A DNA stretch of 45,223 bases from the NCBI GenBank assembly GCA_001871415.1, contig MNWW01000042.1:1-45223 (forward strand), read 5' to 3'. The translations under genes were made by a program, and so were the position numbers. The notes below the pieces were generated by a model that did not search any database, was not told the DNA's origin, and saw nothing but the letters and a program-made list of their open reading frames with translations. Positions 26,053 through 34,669 of this stretch are shown here, piece after piece. Source of the stretch: Candidatus Woesearchaeota archaeon CG1_02_57_44. Its GTDB lineage: Archaea; Nanobdellota; Nanobdellia; Woesearchaeales; CG1-02-57-44. Position 1 is the stretch's first letter, and the number at the start of each line of letters is the position of its first letter.

Positions 26053-28497
26053 TCAGCATCTTGTCTCATTCCCTTCGTCATACGCCGCGTCCAGCACCCT
26101 CGTTATCTCCTGCGCCTTCTTCGGGCCTACGAGCTTGGCCAGCTGCAGCTCATGCTCTGACGCGGACATAATCTTTCTGACACTGCCGAATTCCACTAGC
26201 AGCTTGGGCGCGATGCCAGCGCCGATACCTGGCAGCGAGGAGACGATGTATTCCTGCTGCTCCTGCAACGATGTGGGTTTGCCTGCGTGCGGCGAGAAAT
26301 TGCTGCCGGATTCCTGCTGCTCACGCGCAGCGATTATCTGGATGAGCGATGCGGAATCCTGCGCGTCGCGCGTCGTCAGCAAGGGGATGCCCCAGCCGAT
26401 CGTGAGGGCGGCTATCATGCCACGTATCGCTTTCGGGTCCACGCTGCGCTGCGCGTAGAGGTCTTCGGTACCTTCGATGATGATGAGCGGTCTTCTATAC
26501 GCGTAGCGCAGGTTCTTGGCCTGTTCGAGCATCCTGCCGTCTATGAGCGAGTCCACAAAGTCCCTGACGGTCTTGACCTCTATAGCTACACGGTCTGATA
26601 GGATGTAGTCTCCTACTGGCAGGTTCTTGAGCTTGATGAGCGCGTTGAGTTCCGCGAGCTCCTTGACAATCCTGCTCGGTTTCTCGCGCAGGTCAGCGTA
26701 GATGACCACCTGATCCGGCTTTGGCTGGTGCTGGGCCAGTGATTGCTGGCTATTGAAGGATATGTTGGAGGGACATCCTGTATGCATCATGCTGCCATGT
26801 CCGGGGCTGCGGGTGGCGACGCTCATCGACGCCCTGTTGTGGGTAGATGCGCGTTGGACCGTTGCCTTGGTGTTCGCAGGACCTCCTAAGCGCTGGCGCA
26901 ATACCTGCAGGGTCTGTACCATCTTGCGCTCCTTATGGTGCGCGCTCCACCTATAGGCCTCATCGCGCGTTCCCTTGGTCACGAGCACCATGACCTTGCC
27001 CTTATCCTGCCTGCCGGTCCGACCACGGCGCTGGATATGGCGTATCGCACTGGGGATGGGCTCGTAGAAGAGCACCATATCCACCTGCGGGATATCGAGG
27101 CCTTCCTCGCCGACGCTGGACATGCAGAGCACGTTGTACTTGTGCTCCCGGAAATCCTTGATGCGCTGCAGCTGCTCTTTCTGGCTCAGGCCTGTTCCCT
27201 TCTTCTTCTGCTGGCCTACGAACATAGCGGCGCGTATGCCCGGCAGCTTGTTGAGGGAATCGACCAGGCGGCCTATCTGGTCACGGTACTGGTTGAAGAT
27301 GATTATCTTCACGTCAGGGTTCGCCGGCGTCGCATGCTGGGACACGATGTCGCGCACGGCCTGCATCTTGGGATGCTCGACATGCTTCTCTAATAAGGCG
27401 CGGGTCTTGAGCAGCGCGTCCTTGAACTGCGGGTCTGAGACCAGGTTCTTCACGGCCTTGACCTTGCTGGTCACAGCGTCGCGGTTCATCACTTCCATGT
27501 ATTCGAGCAAGGGTTCTAGCCCCTGGCTCTCCACGAGCTCGAGCGCATGCTGCACTTTCATCGCCTCTGCCAGCAGGGAGATGCTTTTGAGTACAGGCAT
27601 GCCTCTGTCGCCTGCGGCCATGGAAGCGTGCAGCTCACGTTGCATGGCGAGAATGTCCTTGCGATTGATGTTGTCTAGAGGCCTATTGAGCATGCCCAGG
27701 TCGCGGATGTCGCGCAGCTTCGCCATGAAGCAGCCGTGCAACGCGTCGCGCACAGCGGCAAGGCCTGTAGGGAATGGAATGCTTACCCATTCAACTTCTA
27801 CTTCCTGCACATATGGGCGGACATCAGGGTCCTGGTCCGTACGTATCTCCACTGCTTCGATGGCGAGATTCTGGCAGACCTCTGTTATCTTCTCGAGCTC
27901 ATGACCGGGGCTCGCGGTCAGGGCGATGACCCGGGGGAATCGAGCGGTCTCGACGTAGCGCTTCGCCAGCCAGACATAGCTGTAGTCGCCGACAGCGCGA
28001 TGCGCCTCGTCAAAGCCTAGCAGGCAGATGTCCTTGAGCTGAATCCTTCCGCCGAGGATGTCATTCTCCAGGCCTTGGGGCGTGCTGAAGATGACGCGAC
28101 ATTCCTGCCATTGCTCAGCGCGCTTCGCGGGGGCGATGCGCCCGGTGAGGGTCGCGATGGCCTCGGGGGCTATGGTCGTCGATTCCTCGAACACGCGACG
28201 ATACTGGTCGATGAGCGGTCTTGTGGGGCCCAGGAAGAGGACCTTGTGGCGTGGGTACAGGTTGAGGCGCTGGACAGCCAGCATGACGAAGATATGGGTC
28301 TTGCCTAGCCCAGTAGGCAGCACGACCAGGGTGTTCTTCTCTGCTGCAGTGCCGAGGATGGATTCCTGATAGACGCGCGGGGTGAAATCTTTGAGTTGGA
28401 TGGGGGAGTTGGGCTGGCCAGGGGATTGTCCCGCGCTTTCTGTCCTGCTGGGTTGGTCTGTTTGCAGGTTGTCCTTTTCTTTCCCATTCTTTTCCAT
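26053..28497 (-). CDS. hef: Hef helicase-nuclease (FANCM-like SF2 helicase plus ERCC4 nuclease)
   Basis: LPTGLGKT, DEAH, LTASPG, EEGLDIP, QRRGRTGR; C-terminal ADLRE, GDY, IEVKT and HhH. Confidence 0.95.
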   Translation of the reverse strand: MEKNGKEKDNLQTDQPSRTESAGQSPGQPNSPIQLKDFTPRVYQESILGTAAEKNTLVVLPTGLGKTHIFVMLAVQRLNLYPRHKVLFLGPTRPLIDQYRRVFEESTTIAPEAIATLTGRIAPAKRAEQWQECRVIFSTPQGLENDILGGRIQLKDICLLGFDEAHRAVGDYSYVWLAKRYVETARFPRVIALTASPGHELEKITEVCQNLAIEAVEIRTDQDPDVRPYVQEVEVEWVSIPFPTGLAAVRDALHGCFMAKLRDIRDLGMLNRPLDNINRKDILAMQRELHASMAAGDRGMPVLKSISLLAEAMKVQHALELVESQGLEPLLEYMEVMNRDAVTSKVKAVKNLVSDPQFKDALLKTRALLEKHVEHPKMQAVRDIVSQHATPANPDVKIIIFNQYRDQIGRLVDSLNKLPGIRAAMFVGQQKKKGTGLSQKEQLQRIKDFREHKYNVLCMSSVGEEGLDIPQVDMVLFYEPIPSAIRHIQRRGRTGRQDKGKVMVLVTKGTRDEAYRWSAHHKERKMVQTLQVLRQRLGGPANTKATVQRASTHNRASMSVATRSPGHGSMMHTGCPSNISFNSQQSLAQHQPKPDQVVIYADLREKPSRIVKELAELNALIKLKNLPVGDYILSDRVAIEVKTVRDFVDSLIDGRMLEQAKNLRYAYRRPLIIIEGTEDLYAQRSVDPKAIRGMIAALTIGWGIPLLTTRDAQDSASLIQIIAAREQQESGSNFSPHAGKPTSLQEQQEYIVSSLPGIGAGIAPKLLVEFGSVRKIMSASEHELQLAKLVGPKKAQEITRVLDAAYDEGNETRC

Positions 28498-28700
28498 TGA
28501 GGCGTGGCAAGGACGGCTGGCTTAAAAAACCCTTTGCGCGGATGGCCAGTGGGATTGTGGTAGGGGTGAGAGGTCAATCATCGCAAGCGCTGAAAGCCAT
28601 CACAAGCGCTGATGGAGGATGATGTATTGTCTCCCGAAAGGAGGCCAGATGCCTGCTTGGTGATGATGTCTTTGTGATAGGGATTTGGCTGCAGGCACAT

Positions 28701-29288
28701 TCAATAATCATGCCCTGGCAGGATCAGGTTGGCTTTCTGGCTGAGCACTGTCGCGATGCTCTGCTGCATGCTTTCAGGAACGCTCTTTGGCAGGTCTACC
28801 CTTCCGTAGCAGCCCTGCCGGAAGAAGGTATCACCGGTGAAGAGAATGTCCTGGTAGCGTATGCATATACTGCCGCGACTATGGCCCGGTGTGGGGATGA
28901 TGGCAAGGTGCCTGAGCGCTGGCAGGCGGGTTAGTCCTATCGGCTGCAGACGGGCGAAACAGGGGTTGCTTGCCATGACCTCATCGAGCATTGTTCCTTC
29001 CGGGTCCTGACGGAAGTCCTCGATGCTCTCGGCGCTGGCCAGGAGCGCGGCCTTGGGGAACAAGGGAGCGTGCCCCACATGATCATAGTGCAGGTGGGTG
29101 AAGATGATGGTCTCAACCGGCATGCCTTGAAAATCATGAGCCAGGAAATCCCTTGCTTTGCCCGCGTCTATGAGCAGGCGCAAGGGACGGATGTAATAGA
29201 AGTCTGACCAGCCCTGCAGCTTCACGATATCGGGTCGTATCTTGTGGATTGTCGCCTTCGCTGCCTGTTTTCCTGCCTTCCTGGTCAC
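28701..29288 (-). CDS. MBL-fold metallo-hydrolase
   Basis: THLHYDH, TPGHSRGS, FTGD, PGH. Probable GTG start at 29288 overlapping the upstream stop. Confidence 0.88.
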   Translation of the reverse strand: MTRKAGKQAAKATIHKIRPDIVKLQGWSDFYYIRPLRLLIDAGKARDFLAHDFQGMPVETIIFTHLHYDHVGHAPLFPKAALLASAESIEDFRQDPEGTMLDEVMASNPCFARLQPIGLTRLPALRHLAIIPTPGHSRGSICIRYQDILFTGDTFFRQGCYGRVDLPKSVPESMQQSIATVLSQKANLILPGHDY

Positions 29289-29650
29289 TTCATGAGCCCC
29301 TTGCTCTGGATTTTCAGACCCACCAGGATGCCGGCGATGAACGAGAGAAGGATGATAAAAGGGTTGCCGTAGATGGCACCAAGGGTGAATCCGACCAGGA
29401 ATCCAAATGTCATAAGGGTGATGGTCAGCTTCATGTTCTTGCGATGGTCCCACCAGGTCTTGCTGGCTACTAGGCCGGCGACAAACACGGTGAGATAACT
29501 CATGACCGCGCTTCCGGCAAGCAGAGCGAGTATGGCTCCTACTATCAGGAAAAAGAATGCCAGTATCTCCGGCCAGTTGACATAGAAGTAGCCCGCGTAC
29601 GCGGCTTTGTGTCCCATGCCTCGTCTGTTCAGGCGATTCATTTTGACCAC
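29285..29650 (-). CDS. Small multi-TM membrane protein
   Basis: About 4 hydrophobic helices; overlaps both neighbours. Confidence 0.75.
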   Translation of the reverse strand: MVKMNRLNRRGMGHKAAYAGYFYVNWPEILAFFFLIVGAILALLAGSAVMSYLTVFVAGLVASKTWWDHRKNMKLTITLMTFGFLVGFTLGAIYGNPFIILLSFIAGILVGLKIQSKGLMK

Positions 29651-30387
29651 GCCGCCCGTTCGAATGACGCGTAGTAGACCAGCGCGAAGACAGCACCCAA
29701 AAAGATTGCGCCAAGGAATGTCACTCCTATGCTTGCGTAGAGCAGGAGTGCTGCCCAGCCAAAGAATGTTCCCAGGAAAAAGAAGTACGATGTGCGCCAG
29801 GCAAAGAACATGCCAGCGCCATCAAGCGGAGGGATGGGGGTCATGGCCCAGAAGGTTATCCAGAGCGTCATCTTCAGGGCCTGCAGGATGAACTCGTTCT
29901 GGGGCATGAGCACATACATGAATTTGAGGATAAGACTGAGGACGAGCGCGCCGAAGACGCCGGCGAAGCTGACGATGGCGATATCGCCCGTGTTGACCCC
30001 ATAGCGGAACTTACCCAGGCGATGGCCGGGTATGTGGACGAGCAGGAATCCTCCGGGCGCCAGGAACCAGAGATGCCCCTTGGTGACGAATGCCAGCAGG
30101 ATGCCGATGCCAAGGCCCATGAACCAACCGCGAAACTTGATGTCATAGCCATTGGCCAGGGCGAAGATGGCCTGGGTGGTGATGCGCACCATCATGATGA
30201 GCGTCGTGACGAGAATGGCCAACAGCAGGTTTCGCAGGCCAACCACGAGACTGAACACATCGTCGCCCCACTGGTTGAAGGAGACGATGAAGGATATGGC
30301 GACAATGGTTATCGCCAGCTCTCGAAGCTCCTGCGGGCTGAAGCGGTAGTAGCGCTTTATCTTGTCCAGCATGTTGACAGCCCACAT
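29638..30387 (-). CDS. M50/S2P-like membrane protein lacking HExxH
   Basis: RFSPQELREL, FLAPGG, IAIVSFAG, PIPPLDG match the M50 layout; no HExxH found. Confidence 0.7.
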   Translation of the reverse strand: MWAVNMLDKIKRYYRFSPQELRELAITIVAISFIVSFNQWGDDVFSLVVGLRNLLLAILVTTLIMMVRITTQAIFALANGYDIKFRGWFMGLGIGILLAFVTKGHLWFLAPGGFLLVHIPGHRLGKFRYGVNTGDIAIVSFAGVFGALVLSLILKFMYVLMPQNEFILQALKMTLWITFWAMTPIPPLDGAGMFFAWRTSYFFFLGTFFGWAALLLYASIGVTFLGAIFLGAVFALVYYASFERAAWSK

Positions 30388-30439
30388 GGGGGCTATTTGG
30401 GGAGTGGGGACTTATAAGCGTTTCCCTGATGGTGCTTGC

Positions 30440-31582
30440 CTATAGTCTTCCTGAAGTGTCCATACAACCTACGCCTGACGCGAGCAAGGATGTATACCAG
30501 GCGGTCCCCCTCTGCAGGCCTGCCTTGGTGATGTATTCATTCGACTGGTGGCACACGTCCAGGGAACCGGGGCCGCACACCAGGGCGGGCAGGTCGGCTT
30601 CGCCATTGAATATGGCCGCATCTGTGGAGAATGGGAGCGTGGTCGCCTCTTTGCCGGTAATGGTCGAGAGATAGGCTATCAAAGGGTGGCTCGGGCTCGT
30701 GAAGAATGAGGGGTAGCTGCAGACCGTGCTGACCTCAATGGAGCATGCTGACCCGGCTTCTTGCAGGGTACGCTGTGCCCCTGTCTGCAGTTCCTCCAGT
30801 GTATCATCCGGCTCGTACCCAGGCGCAAGTCGCAGATCGCCGGTCATGGTGACGCTCTGGCAGATGCGATTATTCGCATCGCCTCCTCGGACCACCCCTG
30901 GATTCATGCTGCCCGCTCCCGGAAACCCATCATACGGCGTCTGCATGAGACGCTCGCTGAGTGCCTTGACCTGCTGCAGCACGCAGGCCATACCATACAT
31001 CGCGTTGCAGCTATTGGATGGATCGCTGCTATGTCCGCCCTTGCCGGTGATGGTCAGCTGCCATTCGGTGTATGATGCATGGGCATAGCCTATCCTGCCT
31101 TGCGTCGGCTCACCGATGATGAGCGTCATCGGGGCGAGGATATCCATCGCATTGGCGGCGAGCAGTCGGGCACCTCCAAAGTCAGTCTCCTCATTGTAGG
31201 TGAGCGCCAATGCTGCCGGCACTGTCTGGTTCTTCTCCAGCGCGTGCATCATGCAGGCGACAGGGCCTTTCATGTCCTGGGCGCCAAGACCGTAATATCG
31301 TGTCTCGCCGTCGACCATTGCCTCTGTCAGCATGAGCGGGTCTGTGTCCCACCCATCAGTCGCAGGCACCGTGTCCAGATGGCCGCACAGGCCAATGTAT
31401 CGCTTGGCCTTCAGCGCTGGCTGCGTGCGGATGATGAGCGCCTCAAAACAGTCGCCGTAGCGCTGCACGTCGAATCCGAGATCAGCGGCCCACATGGCGA
31501 TATGGGTCGCGAGCGGCAGCGTCGGATTGTCTGAGCTGGTGTCAAAGGCGACAAGTTCTGCTAATGTCTCGTCAATGCGCAT
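30440..31582 (-). CDS. M20 family amidohydrolase (ArgE/DapE-like)
   Basis: CGHLDTVP, YGLGAQDMKG, NEE, IIGEPT, GKGGHSS, GPGS..CHQSNE. Start chosen about 26 nt below ATATAAAA. Confidence 0.9.
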   Translation of the reverse strand: MRIDETLAELVAFDTSSDNPTLPLATHIAMWAADLGFDVQRYGDCFEALIIRTQPALKAKRYIGLCGHLDTVPATDGWDTDPLMLTEAMVDGETRYYGLGAQDMKGPVACMMHALEKNQTVPAALALTYNEETDFGGARLLAANAMDILAPMTLIIGEPTQGRIGYAHASYTEWQLTITGKGGHSSDPSNSCNAMYGMACVLQQVKALSERLMQTPYDGFPGAGSMNPGVVRGGDANNRICQSVTMTGDLRLAPGYEPDDTLEELQTGAQRTLQEAGSACSIEVSTVCSYPSFFTSPSHPLIAYLSTITGKEATTLPFSTDAAIFNGEADLPALVCGPGSLDVCHQSNEYITKAGLQRGTAWYTSLLASGVGCMDTSGRL

Positions 31583-31828
31583 GATTACTGGTGGAAACAT
31601 GACCACGTTTTTATATGATGTGGGGGGATGGGTCAGGAAGCTGCTGTGCCTGAGCATATGCATCGCACCCAGGATGCTGCGATGGTCAGGGTAGGGATCG
31701 TTAGTGGATGAGAGCTTGCATACAGGATGGGACTCTGCGATGGTTAACTCCTGAAGCTCCTGTGTATGAATACCTGTGTGCCGGTGCTTGATGCCTCGAG
31801 AAGCGAAGAAACAGTGCTGCGGAAAGCA

Positions 31829-31883
31829 TCAGGCATCATCGGCTTGGCTTACCTATTCAGCAGCTCTTTGACTTACTCCTCAA
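31829..31883 (-). ncRNA. Candidate box C/D guide sRNA
   Basis: TTGAGGA, 16 nt, CTGA, degenerate C', 16 nt, CTGA; TAAATACC promoter-like element about 25 nt upstream. Confidence 0.3.
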
Positions 31884-31921
31884 CGCAACGATGCGATCTT
31901 GCAGGGTATTTACTATCAGCA

Positions 31922-32599
31922 TCACTCAATGACTTCGATGCCGCGCCTCTTCAAGGCAGCGACAACCGCTTTCTTGTGGCCAGCGCCGAGTACAGCGAGG
32001 ATGGTGCCTTCTTCCTGGCTTCTGGCCAGGTGCGCGAGGTTTCTGGTGATGACATTGTTGCGCTCGGTGATGAGCACGCGATAGAATCCCGGATAGCGTT
32101 GCCTGACCTTCTCGAGCATGGTCTCGATGAGCTCCTCATCCGGCACATCGTTGAGGTCGAAATCGAGGTCCTTGTTGAAGCGCCCGAACATGAGGTCGTA
32201 GATGAGCCGCCATTTCTCTGTCCAGGAGAAGGACTTGCTGAATCTTTTCAAGGTGGTGTGGATGTCCTGGTCGATGAGGGCCAATGGGAGGTGGTGCTTG
32301 CGCGCGAGGATGACCGCGTGGCGCATCTCATCGCCCGGCTTCATGCCGACCAGATCGCCCATCTTGCGCTCAGCGTAGCCGCCCAGCAGGGCGAAGACAT
32401 AGCCCTGTACGCCGACCTGCCTGATGGTCTCAAGCGGCCCGGGCTTCTTCGCGTCAGGGTCGGCGAACAATCCTTCCAATCGGTTAGGGTCAAGCTCGAT
32501 TGCGATGACAGAGGGGAGCTGCTCGCTGATTGCGGCGGTGATGGCGCTCACGCTCTTCCTGCTGATGTGCGAGGTTCCGATGATGCGGATGGACATCAT
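31922..32599 (-). CDS. TraB/GumN family protein
   Basis: IIGTSHIS, IELD, PGDEM, IDQ, ERN, VLGAGH; TTATATA upstream. Confidence 0.88.
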   Translation of the reverse strand: MMSIRIIGTSHISRKSVSAITAAISEQLPSVIAIELDPNRLEGLFADPDAKKPGPLETIRQVGVQGYVFALLGGYAERKMGDLVGMKPGDEMRHAVILARKHHLPLALIDQDIHTTLKRFSKSFSWTEKWRLIYDLMFGRFNKDLDFDLNDVPDEELIETMLEKVRQRYPGFYRVLITERNNVITRNLAHLARSQEEGTILAVLGAGHKKAVVAALKRRGIEVIE

Positions 32600-32670
32600 T
32601 GGTGATGGAGCAAGGGGGATGGGTATATAAGGGTGGCGGAGCAACAGTGTTGCCCGTTGTCGTCGCGCTC

Positions 32671-33075
32671 TCACTGCATGGTCGCGCAGAACCTGTTCGG
32701 GCCGATGGGGATTATCTCTATCTTCTTCTTCTCGACATTCTGCGTCAGTTCCTTTGGCACCCTGAATGTGTAATTGTCGCCGTCGAAACTCAGTTTACGC
32801 TTCATAGAGATGCTGTCATTGATTATTCTGTTCAGCACCATGGCTCGGTCCATTTTTTTTGATTCTTCCAGTCCGAGATATTTCTTATGGCATTTCGCAC
32901 ACTCAAAGCCATTCACCTTGACAAAGATGTTGCTATCTATCTGCACTTCCATGGCTGATCTGCTCATCTTTCTCTTGCAGTCCGAGCAGGTCATGCTCTT
33001 GGGACTGAATGCTTCTTTCTCTATCTCGAATGAAACCTCTTCCAAGTTTTCCCAATCAGGATTATCCGATTTCAT
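32671..33075 (-). CDS. Putative antitoxin: Zn-ribbon (YgiT/MqsA-like) plus C-terminal AbrB-like domain
   Basis: CSDC and CAKC; RKLSFDGDNYTFRVPKEL resembles the AbrB swapped hairpin; GAGGTGA SD; lower GC. Confidence 0.65.
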   Translation of the reverse strand: MKSDNPDWENLEEVSFEIEKEAFSPKSMTCSDCKRKMSRSAMEVQIDSNIFVKVNGFECAKCHKKYLGLEESKKMDRAMVLNRIINDSISMKRKLSFDGDNYTFRVPKELTQNVEKKKIEIIPIGPNRFCATMQ

Positions 33076-33079
33076 GCTG

Positions 33080-33352
33080 TCACCTCTTTTTGTAGGCTTT
33101 GATCTGCTTTTCTGAAGACGGGTACGCTGTCGTAATCTCCGCCTCCTTTGTTGATGCATCGTACCTGAAAAATATGGTCAGATGCCTGTCTTTTGCTTTG
33201 CCGATGGCAACATATTGTTCTGCGCCTGCGGTACGGATTCTTGGTCTGCCGTTCCTCAAGGCCTGCTCGATTTCCTCTTGCAGGACATTGTGCTTGTCAA
33301 ACACCTTCAGCACGGTCGCTGGCGTTATCTTGATGATGCGTATGTTCATCAT
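33080..33352 (-). CDS. Putative BrnT/RelE-like ribonuclease toxin
   Basis: 90 aa, basic; KHNV..EEIEQAL, YVAIGK..RHLTIFF, ITTAYP. Confidence 0.7.
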   Translation of the reverse strand: MMNIRIIKITPATVLKVFDKHNVLQEEIEQALRNGRPRIRTAGAEQYVAIGKAKDRHLTIFFRYDASTKEAEITTAYPSSEKQIKAYKKR

Positions 33353-33386
33353 TTACCGTAAGGTAACAGTAAGGTTTGATATATAT
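33353..33386 (-). promoter_or_regulatory. TA promoter: TATA box plus palindrome TTACC-GTAA-GGTAA
   Basis: Palindrome 33353-33366 lies between ATATATAT (33379-33386) and the toxin start codon; GTAAGGT occurs twice. Confidence 0.55.
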
Positions 33387-33463
33387 GTTTTTTGGTGGTG
33401 TTGGTGGTGGCATCGCTTGGCTATGCAACAATCTTTATAAGTGAGGGGCTATTTTCTTCACTT

Positions 33464-34123
33464 ATGAGTGACATTGAAATACGGGATGCATTGGTCTGCG
33501 ACGGGCTGCGGGTCGGGGGACTCACGCTCTGGACGCGACCTTGCCATGCATCGCCGGCCGAGCAGGTGCTGGACGCACTCGCGTCAGCGAAGGGCTATGA
33601 TCTCTTGGTCACGCCGGAATACGCGTTCACTGGCACATTGCCAGGACTTGCGGTCGATGAATGCAGGAATATCCAAGCAGAGATTGCCCGTATGTCCCGT
33701 GGGACCCTGTTCGTCGCGAATTTCCTCTACCAAGACAATGGAATGCTTCGCAATGAGACCATCGCCTGCGCTGGAGGTGATGTCCTGCACACCTATGGGA
33801 AGAAAATGACCGCGGACGAAGGCCGTCTGGCAAAAAAAGCAGGTCTCAGCTGGTTGCCCGGAAATGCCAGCGGCGCATTCGCATGGAATGGCCTGAAGGT
33901 CGGCATAGAGGTCTGCATCGATGCGGGTGTGCTGGCATCTGAGGGGGTCACGGACTGCGACCTGCTCCTGAGCCCCTGCTGCGGCAGCTGGCTCTTCAAT
34001 ACTGATTGCGTGAAGCCAGGCGGTTCCTATGTCATGGTCGATGGCTCTCCTGCATATATGCTGTCGGGTATCGTAGCGTCCAGAGGTGCCGGCGGCCCAG
34101 TGTCTGATATGGGCGCGTTCTGA
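33464..34123 (+). CDS. Carbon-nitrogen hydrolase (nitrilase superfamily)
   Basis: Glu-Lys-Cys triad motifs VTPEY, YGKK, VGIEVCID; TTTATAA upstream. Confidence 0.8.
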   Translation: MSDIEIRDALVCDGLRVGGLTLWTRPCHASPAEQVLDALASAKGYDLLVTPEYAFTGTLPGLAVDECRNIQAEIARMSRGTLFVANFLYQDNGMLRNETIACAGGDVLHTYGKKMTADEGRLAKKAGLSWLPGNASGAFAWNGLKVGIEVCIDAGVLASEGVTDCDLLLSPCCGSWLFNTDCVKPGGSYVMVDGSPAYMLSGIVASRGAGGPVSDMGAF

Positions 34124-34168
34124 TTGGGGCGCGATAACCTCTTCGACTTGCAGTATCTCTCTACATAG

Positions 34169-34603
34169 GCACTTCCTCTGCAGCTCTTGTCCAAAGAAAA
34201 AGAAGAGGCAGAGCTCTTCGAGGGCATCAGAGGCGTGCAGAGCGCGCTCTACGCCCTTATCGCAGATGCCAAGGCGGGGGACGCATTCCTGTTCTTCTCC
34301 GCGGACGCGCAAGAGAGCAATACCGCGATACAGCAATTCTATGAGCGCTTCGACGCAAAGCGGAAGGAAAAGGGACTGAAGGTCAAGGGACTGGCACCCA
34401 AGACGTTGCGGGGTCTCTATGAGAAACGAGCATCTCTTCAGATGAGATTCGTGGATTTTCCTCTGCCAGAGAACACCGGGCTTTGCGGCGATAAGATGGC
34501 CATCATCACCTGGGGGAAGAAGCCGCGGGCAATCCTGATACGCTCGAAAGCCATCGTAGAGAAACAGAAGCGATTCTTCGAGCAGCTGTGGGCCAGGGCT
34601 TGA
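34169..34603 (+). pseudogene. TrmB-like regulator C-terminal fragment lacking the N-terminal HTH
   Basis: AELFEGIRGV, KRKEKGLKVKGL, GDKMAIITW, FFEQLW are TrmB-like. No ATG start; an in-frame TAG at 34166-34168 sits where the HTH would be. Confidence 0.55.
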
Positions 34604-34669
34604 GCAATCGTGATGCTCACTCATAGACCGCGTCGTGGTGCGTGAAGTCCTCGGATGATGCGGAGCTTC

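Noticed and set aside
29289..29714. N-terminal part of the 337-aa track ORF fused to the MBL hydrolase
   Set aside because: Overlaps a better membrane-protein ORF in another frame; GTG 29288 gives a normal-sized MBL protein.
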